A stretch of 64,000 bases of DNA from an uncultured Nitrososphaerales archaeon (lineage in GTDB: Archaea; Thermoproteota; Nitrososphaeria; Nitrososphaerales; Nitrososphaeraceae): positions 320,001 to 384,000 of the forward strand of contig CAWJCY010000006.1 in the NCBI GenBank assembly GCA_963841565.1, given 5' to 3'. A model generated the notes under the pieces. It did not search any database, had not been told where the DNA came from, and saw only the letters and a list, made by a program, of their open reading frames with translations. Both the position numbers and the translations under genes were made by a program. Of this stretch, positions 1 through 10,464 are shown piece by piece (the stretch's first letter is position 1; each line of letters opens with the position of its first letter).

Positions 1-64
1 TAATTATTTATGTTAGGTATATTGCAGACCAAATATTAATTAGGTAAGCCAATACATTTAGTCT

Positions 65-595
65 ATGCCTTCGAGAGGATACGAGACTATAGGATTGAAG
101 CCTGCGATCCTTCAGAGACTGCAGGCAGCTACTGATGAGCACTACCCTGGAATGTTCCTTCCTAGCGCACTGATAATCATGATGAATGAAATAAAACGAG
201 GCCACTATTCAGTCGAAATGCACAACCTGAAAATAGATTTCTCTGGCAGGTATTCCTCATTGACTCTCAGATCGGATGTGAAGGAATGGTTTGTTGAGAA
301 TCACAAAAATCTGAAGGAAGAATATAGTCAGAGATATAGAGCGGATAGTTTCACAAAATTCGCTAGTGTGTTTATGATAAATGTCTTCGAATCCAAATCG
401 ACCTCCAGGGACTACGTGATTAGACTAAAGGAAGCTGATTTCCGATGGTTAGAGGAGGAATATCAAAAAAGGAGGCAGGAATACAAAAGCCAGTTTGGTA
501 TTTACAATTTTGAGCGATTTGCTGATCTTTTTCTCAAGGATCTTTTTAATAGAGTCAATGCGGCCAAAAGGATTTTGACATATGAGGAAATATAA
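65..595 (+). CDS. Hypothetical protein with three ribbon-helix-helix-like repeats (putative DNA-binding)
   Basis: 176-aa ORF; repeated beta-strand plus helix units (GYETIGLKP, RYSSLTLRSDVKEWF..SFTKFA, DYVIRLKEADFRWL..NFERFA). Confidence 0.5.
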   Translation: MPSRGYETIGLKPAILQRLQAATDEHYPGMFLPSALIIMMNEIKRGHYSVEMHNLKIDFSGRYSSLTLRSDVKEWFVENHKNLKEEYSQRYRADSFTKFASVFMINVFESKSTSRDYVIRLKEADFRWLEEEYQKRRQEYKSQFGIYNFERFADLFLKDLFNRVNAAKRILTYEEI

Positions 596-958
596 TTGTC
601 TTAGATGGATATTTGTAGCACCTGACTGGTAATAATTCTTCAACTATTACAATTCTAGTTCCACTAAACTTAGGGGACAGTTTTGTTATCTTAAAAGCTG
701 CCTTTCAGTGGGTTTACATACAATTATATAATGAGAATAGCTGCAATTTTTGTAATTAAGTCTTGAGTACTGGTAACTGACTCTGGCTAGGATAACTCCT
801 ACGATCGAACACAAATGCATCACTATTGATTCAAATGAAAGAAATGTTAACCTCAATACTCCAATAGTTGAGAGCAGACCATAGTTACTCAATAATCATT
901 TTCTGACCTCACGTTAGAAATGTTTAAGACTAATGAACATTGACAGATAATACAGTCT

Positions 959-1459
959 TTGATTCATTTGATCCGAAATAGACCTCAGAGTTCCATCGTT
1001 ATCAAGGAAGAGATTATAAGAATTGTTAACAAAAATAAAAAAGATATCCCTGCTGACTATACACATTTCGTAGCTAAAGTCGAAGAAATTCTTATTCACT
1101 TTCCAGAATATGATCCAGAATGGAGTAATAGAACCGTCTTCAGACTAGTTAAGGTACAAGCATTGAATCCGATATATGATGATGAAGTCTATTTAGAAAA
1201 TATTCCACTCCCAGATGTTAAACATGATTTAGAGCTCGTTTTGAAAATGCTAAATTATATGCGTGAACAGAAGGGTTTTGAGAAGGTAAAAATGCCTCTA
1301 TTCATCCAACCGGACGAATTATATCACGCATATGCACAAGGAAAATTCGGTTATGAGATTAAAAATATTGAGTCTCAGCTGGTAGTAGTTTTTCAGAAGG
1401 GCTTGGTAGATTACGTTGGGTTTGTATTTGACTTCAAATTTGCGATACTTGAAGCTTGA
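959..1459 (+). CDS. Hypothetical protein
   Basis: 166-aa ORF with TTG start and normal globular composition; no motif recognised. Confidence 0.6.
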   Translation: MIHLIRNRPQSSIVIKEEIIRIVNKNKKDIPADYTHFVAKVEEILIHFPEYDPEWSNRTVFRLVKVQALNPIYDDEVYLENIPLPDVKHDLELVLKMLNYMREQKGFEKVKMPLFIQPDELYHAYAQGKFGYEIKNIESQLVVVFQKGLVDYVGFVFDFKFAILEA

Positions 1460-1472
1460 TAGATTACCTCAC

Positions 1473-1955
1473 TCATTTCACTAACAGTACAGGGCAGGGA
1501 GAATGACTAGTTATTGCAGAAGTTACGCTTCCGACTAGGAGGCGTTTAAACTTCGATAACCCCCTACTCCCAACAGTTATGAGGTCTACCTGGTTCTTTT
1601 GTGCATACTTTGTTATTATACCTACTATCGACGATCCGTCATTTTCTAATATCTCAGTCTTACTGCTAACTCCGTTCTTCTTTGCATTTTTTAGAATTGG
1701 TTCTATCCATTTGTTGGCTTCCCGAGACTTAGCCTGCAAGAATGCAGATACCATTTTCAGATCACCATATTTTGCACGTAAACCAATGACACCTCCTTGT
1801 TTAATATCCGGCAGCACATGCAAAATTACCAATTCTGCCTTTTCCAGCTTGCAAAGATGTATTGCAAAATTAGCAGCTCGAATTGAAGAGGCTGATCCGT
1901 CAGTTGCTACGAGAATGCGATTAACAGATATGGTATTTGAGTTATTCTCGTCCAT
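1473..1955 (-). CDS. Universal stress protein (UspA family)
   Basis: RILVATDGS N-terminus, DLITVGSRG..LVGSV..SPCPVLLVK C-terminus. Confidence 0.95.
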   Translation of the reverse strand: MDENNSNTISVNRILVATDGSASSIRAANFAIHLCKLEKAELVILHVLPDIKQGGVIGLRAKYGDLKMVSAFLQAKSREANKWIEPILKNAKKNGVSSKTEILENDGSSIVGIITKYAQKNQVDLITVGSRGLSKFKRLLVGSVTSAITSHSPCPVLLVK

Positions 1956-2248
1956 TAAGCAACTATTCTCTACCTGAAGTTCTATAAAAATATCATTCTT
2001 GAAAGTGTAGATTACGTATTACTTACGATGATAACACCTATTCCAATTTAACCGTTTATAAAACACTTTCATGCATTTTACTCTGGATTATTGAACAAGA
2101 TCAAAACTTTCGTTTTAGGATATTGATAACTGGACATGAAATAACGATTTGGATTGGAAAATAATGTTGTTTGTTAAAAAATTCGATTATCTGCAAATGA
2201 TGATTAAGGTCATTGACCGTAGTATTAAAACAGGCTACCAGATATGTT

Positions 2249-3685
2249 TCAAATTCTGATCACAGTGTCGATAAGTAACACTACAGTACCAGCTAACACG
2301 GTAAGAACCATAAATGGAAATCCAACCTTGATGAACCGGTTAAAGGTGATTCCATAATGCAGCTTTTCAGCTAGCCCTACCGCTATGATTGCCGCGCTAG
2401 AACCAATTAATGTCCCGTTACCACCAAAGTTTGCACCCAAGGATAATGCCCACCACAATGGACTTATATGAAATGAGTCGAATGTAGAAGCGATAACAGG
2501 ATTATCGTTAAGTGAATCAATTACTGGTATCATTGTAGCAGTAAATGGAATATTATCTATAAACGCGCTTGAGAATGCTGACAACCATACAACTATCAGA
2601 AAAGTAAACCAGGGATCTCCATTTGTTATATTAATTGCGAAATTTGAAAGTAAAGTTATCAAACCAGATTGTTGGGCGAATCCTACAATAATAAATAGAC
2701 CTGTAAAAAATAATAATGTCGTCCAATCAACTTCATGTAGTACTTGTTCTGGAGGAAGTCTAGTTATTATAAGAAGAAACGCTGCTCCACCCAAGGCAAT
2801 AATCGAAGGTTCAAGGTTAAGGATCCCGTGAAAAGCGAAAAGTACAATGACACCTATAAGAACTCCAAGTGATTTCTTTAAAGTCTTGATATCCTTTAGA
2901 TAAGCATACTCATTTTCTTTCATAATTCCATCGCGATCATTTATCCTATATTTTAATTCATTTCTAAACAAATATCTTAGCAAAAGCAGAGATACGCAAA
3001 ATGAAATGGCTACTGTTGGACCCATGTGTATGATAAACGCGTTAAAATCAATATCAGCAGCAGATCCAATCATGATATTAGGAGGGTCGCCTATTAGAGT
3101 AGCAGCCCCCCCTACATTAGATGCGAGTACCATTGCTATTATGAAGGGAATAGGAGATAACTTAATCGATCTAAATACTGAGATAGTTACCGGTACCATC
3201 AAGAGAACAGTGGTTACATTGTCGATGAACATCGATATTGTAGCAGTAATAACACAGAGCAAAATCATTAATTTCCAGAGGTTTCCTTTCGAGGCCTTTA
3301 TTGCTTTAATGCCTACGAATTGGAAAATACCAGTATTTGACATGATAGCTACAATCACCATCATTCCCAATAGAAGTCCGATAGTGTTAAAATCGATATA
3401 ACCCAAGATTTGATCAAAGCCATCGATCGTTTGGAAATTCCCGGCAGTGATCGCAATTGCAATAGTGACCACTGCCCCAAAAAGAGCAATAGTAGTTCTG
3501 TGAACCATTTCAAATGAGAGAACTACATATACACACAGCAATACCAGAGCAATCAGTCTTAATTGTAAAGATATTTGAAGTCCTATAAGATCAGGTACAA
3601 GCAATAATAGAAAGGAAAATAGAAGTATGACACAAATTCCAACTTCGTATTTAGTGTTTTTGTTGGTCAAGTATTTGATACACAC
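2249..3685 (-). CDS. ArsB/NhaD (P-protein-like) ion transporter permease
   Basis: Many TM segments; DNVTTVL, SNVGGAATLIGDPPNIMI, DNIPF, GANFGGNGTLIGSSA motifs. Confidence 0.9.
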   Translation of the reverse strand: MCIKYLTNKNTKYEVGICVILLFSFLLLLVPDLIGLQISLQLRLIALVLLCVYVVLSFEMVHRTTIALFGAVVTIAIAITAGNFQTIDGFDQILGYIDFNTIGLLLGMMVIVAIMSNTGIFQFVGIKAIKASKGNLWKLMILLCVITATISMFIDNVTTVLLMVPVTISVFRSIKLSPIPFIIAMVLASNVGGAATLIGDPPNIMIGSAADIDFNAFIIHMGPTVAISFCVSLLLLRYLFRNELKYRINDRDGIMKENEYAYLKDIKTLKKSLGVLIGVIVLFAFHGILNLEPSIIALGGAAFLLIITRLPPEQVLHEVDWTTLLFFTGLFIIVGFAQQSGLITLLSNFAINITNGDPWFTFLIVVWLSAFSSAFIDNIPFTATMIPVIDSLNDNPVIASTFDSFHISPLWWALSLGANFGGNGTLIGSSAAIIAVGLAEKLHYGITFNRFIKVGFPFMVLTVLAGTVVLLIDTVIRI

Positions 3686-4192
3686 AAGAGGACACTAAGA
3701 TATATTTGCAAAGCGTATATCCAATACACGATACGTTTTGAAAGGACGGATTCACAGAGCATAATCATTAATCCAATGAGTTCATCTCTCGTAGTATAAA
3801 TATGCTACGTTGTAATTTGTATAATGCATATTTGGCTGAATACCGCCGACTATATTTAGTCGTAGATTACTAATGTATGTACTTCCTTAATTGGCGGTAA
3901 TAGACCTATATCATAGTTTTTTATTTGGGTCGATTCTAATAATATTCAAGGTTTTTGGATCTCACATTATACTCTGTTTTTCAGATAAGTAGTAATAAAC
4001 TGTGATTAATAGTGTCTTAAACAGCTGATCTTTTAAAATTAATGTTTAACTAGAATATTTAAGGTTCTATTGCCAATGTGACTGCTGCGCTTAGGATTAG
4101 AATAGTTTATGCATGAGAAATAGCCAGCTGTGTCATTCTATGCGTAAATGGAGTTTTCGAGTATAACTTATTCATATAAACCCTAATATCAT

Positions 4193-5104
4193 TTGGATCC
4201 CAAATGCCTATGGAAATTGGATATTGAAATTAAGATACTCAGCCTCCTGCAATCTGTCCCTTTGGATAAATATTCAATCTATAAAATGATACCTACTGAA
4301 TCTAAATTTACGATCTCTAAGGCGATCAATAACCTTCAACAACGAGGACAAATTCATGTTGTGAAGTACAGAAAGGATAATAGAATAGGAATTTCTATCC
4401 CTTTGTACTCAGTATACACTCGTTCTGAAAAGAACAGTGAGTTACATCCTAGAGACGTGCTTGCAGGTATGACCCCTGATAGATACGCAGAGTACGAATT
4501 TGTGTTAAGAAATCTGATTTCCCTAGACATCAAGGCGAAAATATTAGATGTAGGTTCCTCAACCTCAGCATTCTCTAGTAAGATCTCAAATTTCAGTCGA
4601 AATGGATGTGAAATCATTGGTATTGACATAATCAATGAAGTATGTAGCCTTGGTTTCCCGTTAATGTTGATGGACGCAATGAATATCGGTTTTAAGGATA
4701 AGACATTTGATCAGGTGATATGTCTCAGCGCTATGGAACATATCGGGTTTGATCATCATGATAGAGTAGACGCCAAACTCAAAGGCCTTAATTGTAGAAT
4801 AAATGGCGATGCACTTGCAATGAAAGAAATTTGGCGAGTACTAAAAGATAAAGGGACTTTAATCCTTACAGTTCCCTACGGTAGATTAATTATCAAACAG
4901 CAAGATTATAGAGTCTATCATCAAGAATCACTTTCAATTTTGACCAATATGTTCTTCGTTGTAAAGAGAGAGTTTTTTGGCTTGAAAAAAGGTAAATGGA
5001 CTACGTGTAATGAACTAGAAGCAAACAATTCAACATTGTTAGAGTATTCAAGTCAGAAGTTTCACAGCGACATAATTGCATGTTTGCTTTTGAAGAAAAC
5101 GTAA
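4193..5104 (+). CDS. Class I SAM-dependent methyltransferase with N-terminal winged-helix-like segment
   Basis: ILDVGS motif I, IIGIDI, FDQVICLSAMEHIG, RVLKDKGTLILTVPYG; N-terminal IKILSLL..TISKAINNLQQRGQI. Confidence 0.8.
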   Translation: MDPKCLWKLDIEIKILSLLQSVPLDKYSIYKMIPTESKFTISKAINNLQQRGQIHVVKYRKDNRIGISIPLYSVYTRSEKNSELHPRDVLAGMTPDRYAEYEFVLRNLISLDIKAKILDVGSSTSAFSSKISNFSRNGCEIIGIDIINEVCSLGFPLMLMDAMNIGFKDKTFDQVICLSAMEHIGFDHHDRVDAKLKGLNCRINGDALAMKEIWRVLKDKGTLILTVPYGRLIIKQQDYRVYHQESLSILTNMFFVVKREFFGLKKGKWTTCNELEANNSTLLEYSSQKFHSDIIACLLLKKT

Positions 5105-5321
5105 GAGGAGGTTGGCTTACTATTTAACTGAGGATACTGCTTAAATCGCGTAATATTGAAAGAAGCGAAAGGGAGTATACTTGGGATCTTAAATTTGCTC
5201 ATTGTAGAGTTTTGTCAAGTACTATTCACCGTGCTATATAGCATTAAAAATATCCCTTGGCAATCATAAAGATGAATATGTCAAATCTAATAATACACAA
5301 ATATTCACAATTTACTTCGTC

Positions 5322-6641
5322 ATGTTCGACAATATGGAATCTATAGGATTCTTAACTCATCGACGACGTTCAATACTAACAGTAATTGGGGTATTTGGAA
5401 TCCTTGCACAATTGGCACTATTTGGTGCATACGAGAATGTAGTAGCGACTTCTAACAATGATGATGATCGAAAATTAGATATCCAATGCGAGACCGGTAA
5501 CGAAGATGTATGTCTAATAGCTGCATGCATGGGCCATCCTTGTGTCTGGTATCAAAATAGTAGCGGTGGCGTAGAAAGAAACTTTGATGTCGCTATTACT
5601 GAATATACTCCACCCAGTCGGGATACTTTGGATGAAGACGTTACATCGAATGTAATGCAGGTAGATGATGGGTGTGTGGAATCAACTTCTAATATCCAGT
5701 TGTTTAGCACTAGCAGAATGGACGATGCTAGGAGTGTTAGCAATGACGATGATGATGATGATGATGATGATGACGGTAATAATGATGACAATAGCAATGA
5801 CAGCGTCTTTGCGAAATTATTGGATAACGACTATGATACAAAATGGGAGGAAGAAGGATTCGGATCTTTCATACAAGCTGATTTAGGTTCAGTAGAACCA
5901 GTCTGCAATGTAGGGATCGCTTGGGACAAAGGGGATGACAGATCATACAACTTTGTAATATCTACTTCTGATGACGGAACCACCTTTACTGATGCTCTAA
6001 GAGGGACGAGCAGCGGATCTACCGAAGCATTAGAGACATACGAACTGACCGATGTAGATAGCAGATTTATCAGAGTTACAGTTTTTGGTAATAACGATGG
6101 CAACAATGATGAACACGATACAGCTGCAATAAATGAAATTAGAGTAGGAACTTCCATCTCGGCTGGTTCTCAATCTAATAACAACTCATCGAATGGACAA
6201 TCAGAGCTGTCAGATGAGTCACCGAATGCCAACAATACTGCTTCCTCGTCGACTAACTCAACTGAGATTACACCTGACGATTACATTTCTGAAGTAACTG
6301 ATTTGATGGTTACCGATGGATATAAAGATCGGGTACAAAAGCAATTTGCGGACACCAATCTTCCACCATCAGTCGATGACTTGAACATTAGAGCAGCCTC
6401 TGTGTCTTCTTTAGAGATTGAGCTGAAAGGTTCAGACCTCAGCAGTCCTGACAAATTGGATTACTCGGTCATAGACCTTCCAACGCATGGTATCCTAAAA
6501 GCCGGGACTGATCAAGGTCGTGTTCTATACTATCCAAATCCCGGCTATGTAGGTTCAGATAGTTTCACATACAGAGCAATCGACGACCAGGGCCTAGAAA
6601 GCGTTCTAGGAACAGTAGATATTGCTATCGAAGATCCCTAA
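5322..6641 (+). CDS. Secreted/surface protein with discoidin (F5/8 type C) domain and C-terminal Ig-like (Big_9) domain
   Basis: N-terminal hydrophobic segment; LLDNDYDTKW..FIQADLG..RFIRVTV..INEIRV discoidin; LPTHGIL..YYPNPGYVGSDSFTYRA Ig-like motif. Confidence 0.85.
   Translation: MFDNMESIGFLTHRRRSILTVIGVFGILAQLALFGAYENVVATSNNDDDRKLDIQCETGNEDVCLIAACMGHPCVWYQNSSGGVERNFDVAITEYTPPSRDTLDEDVTSNVMQVDDGCVESTSNIQLFSTSRMDDARSVSNDDDDDDDDDDGNNDDNSNDSVFAKLLDNDYDTKWEEEGFGSFIQADLGSVEPVCNVGIAWDKGDDRSYNFVISTSDDGTTFTDALRGTSSGSTEALETYELTDVDSRFIRVTVFGNNDGNNDEHDTAAINEIRVGTSISAGSQSNNNSSNGQSELSDESPNANNTASSSTNSTEITPDDYISEVTDLMVTDGYKDRVQKQFADTNLPPSVDDLNIRAASVSSLEIELKGSDLSSPDKLDYSVIDLPTHGILKAGTDQGRVLYYPNPGYVGSDSFTYRAIDDQGLESVLGTVDIAIEDP
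5745..5774 (+). repeat. (GAY)10 trinucleotide repeat encoding poly-Asp
   Basis: GAC(GAT)8GAC in frame in the discoidin protein. Confidence 0.95.
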
Positions 6642-6972
6642 ACAGACAGAGGAATTGTGATAGCGCCGCCTATTTGTTTTTGAAAAGCAGTTCTCAAAGG
6701 ATACCTGTATACCTGATGTGGGGACGTCCTATTTTTTATCAATTACATGTTCGATTTCCATAGAATGTTCAATATTTACACAGCAGAAAATATGCAGGCG
6801 AATTGGCTAAAACACAATATCATTGGTGACTTTTAAGAATGCCTAATACGTCCTCAATTCGTGATACTATTTTTTTCTAGGTTCTCTGGAGAAGGGTGTT
6901 ATCTTTTTTATTAATATATCTAGAGTAGTAGGTCGCACGCTGACAAGTAAATCATCGTTCTTCTAGTATTGC

Positions 6973-7362
6973 TTAATCTTTAGGGTTACCTATAATTAAT
7001 TTATTATCTCTCAATGTTATAACCAAAACTTTATTCTTAATTAATTTGCTTTTAAGTTCCCTATCAATTGTTGCTACAGCGCAATTATGACTACATGAAT
7101 ATTTTACGATAGCCTCGTCGGCGTATTTTGATGGGGGAAGACTAATCAAATTGAATTTAGACCCTATCAAAGATAGAGCCGCCGTAGCCATCCTTGATCG
7201 CTTTGGACCAGAATGACGTTCTAGCTGTCTTAGTTCGTCCGCTACTTTATTAGGAACAGTGAAATGTAGACTACCTAGAGATGATTCAATACTTTCAATA
7301 TTTCGCAACGGGTTCGAACCGAGAACCATCATAAAGCTGGTATCACATATTACCTCCATCAT
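6973..7362 (-). CDS. PIN-domain nuclease (Fcf1/Utp24-like)
   Basis: VICDTSFMM, V..EL, ADEAIV, VATIDREL PIN acidic motifs. Confidence 0.9.
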   Translation of the reverse strand: MMEVICDTSFMMVLGSNPLRNIESIESSLGSLHFTVPNKVADELRQLERHSGPKRSRMATAALSLIGSKFNLISLPPSKYADEAIVKYSCSHNCAVATIDRELKSKLIKNKVLVITLRDNKLIIGNPKD

Positions 7363-7656
7363 CCTGAGGAAGTCTATCACTGAGTATTAAATCAACTGTC
7401 CATTAGTCAACTTAACCAATCTATCTTGCCTTAGCATGAAAGAACAGAACTGTGAAAACTAGACTAATCGATCAAGCAGTGTGTTACTCCGATAGAGAAT
7501 TATCACCTAGAATAGTATTTATTATGTCACGACGAGAGTTTTATTTCTCTTTTGATGCGAGGAAGGAATCAAAATATATCTCTGCATTGGAAAAAGGAGA
7601 TAAAATGAAGAGTTAATGCGACTCTTGTTAATCTACATTACATTCCAATTAATGGA

Positions 7657-8208
7657 CTACGTATATGAATTGGTTCCAATATTCCTTTTTTCGAATGTAG
7701 AGTTAAAAATCTGATCATGTTGTAGCACGGCTATTCCTGTTACGTTGCCTAAAATTTCAATTAGTACTATCCAGTTTGGGGCGTCTAGATCCACCGGATT
7801 GTCTATTTCCTTAGCAATAGTGCGTATGAGCTCTAAAGACCTTAGGAAAGAATTGTGCCTTTTTTCAACCGACAATTTAAAGGATTCAGAAGAGGATATT
7901 TTCCTTTTGGACAACTCAATGGCCGCCATTGCTATTTCAGAGGAATTAGAATTTGTAACGGATTCGATTGGAATAACCCTCAAAACATACCTAAATCGCC
8001 AGTCTTCGGAATGTACTATAACTTTGAATTTTTCGATTACATGAAAAGGATCCAAGTTAGTGTTACCCGTTATTAATCCTGAAATATTTGTAACCTCAAA
8101 AAAGGCATCAGAGTCTCCAATATCATCAAGGAGATCCAGCATCTCGTCTATAGCATCAAACTCTCTGTATCGATAGGTTGTCGCTATGAGATTGAATTTA
8201 TTTAACAT
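7657..8208 (-). CDS. THUMP-domain RNA-binding protein
   Basis: FNLIATT, RVIPIE, SFKLSVEKR, VDLDAPNWIVLIEILG. Confidence 0.9.
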   Translation of the reverse strand: MLNKFNLIATTYRYREFDAIDEMLDLLDDIGDSDAFFEVTNISGLITGNTNLDPFHVIEKFKVIVHSEDWRFRYVLRVIPIESVTNSNSSEIAMAAIELSKRKISSSESFKLSVEKRHNSFLRSLELIRTIAKEIDNPVDLDAPNWIVLIEILGNVTGIAVLQHDQIFNSTFEKRNIGTNSYT

Positions 8209-8299
8209 AGTTCATCATCAAAATTAAGTTTTCCGCAAGCCTATGCGTGAGCTCTATTATTGCTATTCATTCTCCTTATGCTTTCCACTCTTCATATTC

Positions 8300-9496
8300 T
8301 TAATGTAAGTCAAGTACCTCTAGTCCGGGCATCGAGTCACCTGCTAGAAATCGAAGAGTCGCACCGCCACCTGTGGATACATGACTCACTTCTCCTTCCG
8401 AAACACCCGATGTCTTCATGGCCTGAAGGGTATCTCCCCCACCAACTAATGTCTTTGAACCACGCCAATATGCAAGGGCAATGCTTTTTGCAATATTTAT
8501 TGTTCCGTTTGCGAACATGGGGATTTCAAAGGAACCCATAGGGCCATTCCAAAATATAGTACCAGATCTGCTTCCCCCTATCTCTGAAGAATATTTTTGA
8601 GCGGTTTGAATCCCGATATCAAACCCCGCTGAACCTTCCGGAATATCTCCTTCCACCACTACTGCGGAAGAACTTTCGTTCGCTGAAGAAGACACTATGT
8701 GATCAATAGGGAGCATTATTTTTTCGCGGTAGGAGGATAGAGCCTCAGTTGCCCATGCCAAATGATCATTATCTATAAGTGAATTTCCGGTTTTTGATCC
8801 ATTTGCAAGCAGAAACGTATAAGCAGTTGCTCCTCCGAGTAGCAGCTTATCAGCTTTTGGTAACAAGTTCTCCAGTGCGCCAATTTTGTCCTTTATCTTG
8901 ACTCCACCGACAACAAGGATCAGCGGTTTAATCGGATTATCTCTTATCATAGACAAATATTCAACCTCCCTCTTCAGATTCAATCCAGCTGCTCTCTTAT
9001 CAAAAAGCGAAGCGGCGCCGTAAGTCGAAGCATGCTTTCTATGAGAAGTACTGAACGCATCATTAACATAAAAATCCCCCAATGAAGCAAGATGATTAGA
9101 AAATTCCTGGTCATTGAGTTCCTCTGCTTGATGAAAGCGAAGATTCTCTAACAAGAGAACGTCTCCTTTATCCATAGCTTCAATTGCCTTCTCGACTGCA
9201 CTCCCAACACAGTCACTGGCGAATTTGACTCTATTAATTGGAAGTATTTCTGAAAGCCTTTGAGTAACAGGTCTCAGAGAGTATTTTTTCTCCGAACTCC
9301 TAGGGCGGCCCAGATGAGACATCAAAATCAATTTAGCTCCTCGCTTAGTTAGATATTCAATAGTTGGGATAGCCATTCTGATACGATAATCCTCACCAAC
9401 AACGCCGTCATCTATACTGACGTTGAAGTCGACTCTCATCAACACCTTTTTTCCATAGTAATTCGAGTCATCGAAATCTAAAATACTTCTCATCAT
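8300..9496 (-). CDS. pgk: Phosphoglycerate kinase
   Basis: RVDFNV, MSHLGRP, LLENLRFH, VNDAFS, FWNGPMG, VSTGGGA. Confidence 0.97.
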   Translation of the reverse strand: MMRSILDFDDSNYYGKKVLMRVDFNVSIDDGVVGEDYRIRMAIPTIEYLTKRGAKLILMSHLGRPRSSEKKYSLRPVTQRLSEILPINRVKFASDCVGSAVEKAIEAMDKGDVLLLENLRFHQAEELNDQEFSNHLASLGDFYVNDAFSTSHRKHASTYGAASLFDKRAAGLNLKREVEYLSMIRDNPIKPLILVVGGVKIKDKIGALENLLPKADKLLLGGATAYTFLLANGSKTGNSLIDNDHLAWATEALSSYREKIMLPIDHIVSSSANESSSAVVVEGDIPEGSAGFDIGIQTAQKYSSEIGGSRSGTIFWNGPMGSFEIPMFANGTINIAKSIALAYWRGSKTLVGGGDTLQAMKTSGVSEGEVSHVSTGGGATLRFLAGDSMPGLEVLDLH

Positions 9497-9607
9497 TTTT
9501 GGTATGTAAATATGGAGTTCGGATTATAAGCCTTGTCACGAGTTTCGAACTGGTTGCTAATAGTTATACTACATGCATATTTCCCTAGAAAATTAGTTAC
9601 ATAGAAA

Positions 9608-10126
9608 TTAAATTGAACTTGGGGATGGATATTTCCTAATAACACTATTTGGTAGTGATTTATCGGAAGGGCATTTTCGATCCATTGATACAACACGTAT
9701 AGTCCTATCGCAAAGGAATTCGGCGGGAAATAGGGCAACTAGATAAACGTTGCCATAAACACGAGTATTTCCGTAGATTGGCCGCAATGATCGGAAGAAT
9801 CCGAAACTTCTCCACTTCGTCGCCTCAAGATAAGATTCCAGCTCAGCTTCTGTATCTAACACAAGCTCATGTTTATCAATCGTATTCGAGATTGTCTGAT
9901 TGACGTGACCACATGAAGGTGACGAAGCGTCATATTTGTCAAGTGTACAAGGTACATCTTCTACTAAGGTATCATCGTAGTTGATATGAATGATATTAGT
10001 CCTCGTGCATCCAGTATTGCCTGCCTCGCACATGCCTAATGTTAAACAATATTCATGATTGGCAATAACGTCACCTAACCCATTCAATATTCGAGGATCA
10101 GGTACTTCTAATTCTATAACCTTCAA
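9608..10126 (-). CDS. Hypothetical Cys-rich protein (possibly 3' part of a disrupted gene)
   Basis: 172-aa ORF, no family recognised; frame stays open about 15 codons upstream of the start. Confidence 0.4.
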   Translation of the reverse strand: MKVIELEVPDPRILNGLGDVIANHEYCLTLGMCEAGNTGCTRTNIIHINYDDTLVEDVPCTLDKYDASSPSCGHVNQTISNTIDKHELVLDTEAELESYLEATKWRSFGFFRSLRPIYGNTRVYGNVYLVALFPAEFLCDRTIRVVSMDRKCPSDKSLPNSVIRKYPSPSSI

Positions 10127-10155
10127 ATTCGGAACATGTGACCAAAATTTTGTAT

Positions 10156-10464
10156 TCAGTCTTTCAGCGGTTCAATAAGACCCTTTTCCTGCAGATGTTT
10201 ATTGAAATTTGCTGTGTCGACAGGATCGTAACGATGAAGACATGGCACTTGTAAGAAATTAGATGTAGAGCCTTCGAGTTGCGATGAGAAGGTAAAGATT
10301 ATAGCGTTTATCGTAGTACAGTAACGACAAATATATCCACCAATTCCAAATATCATTTCTTTTGAAAAGGAAAAGCCCTGCACGGAGAAGGATTGTTGCT
10401 TGGAGCGCTGAACAGAAAGCTGAGTTCTATTAGGTCCAAACGCAATTTCGGCAATAAAAAACAA
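10156..10464 (-). CDS. Hypothetical protein with CxxC..CxH (possibly 5' part of a disrupted gene)
   Basis: 102-aa ORF, GGYICRYCTT..PCLH. Confidence 0.35.
   Translation of the reverse strand: MFFIAEIAFGPNRTQLSVQRSKQQSFSVQGFSFSKEMIFGIGGYICRYCTTINAIIFTFSSQLEGSTSNFLQVPCLHRYDPVDTANFNKHLQEKGLIEPLKD

Noticed and set aside
5552-5886. Poly-Ser and poly-Met ORFs
   Set aside because: Shadow frames of the GAT repeat in the discoidin gene
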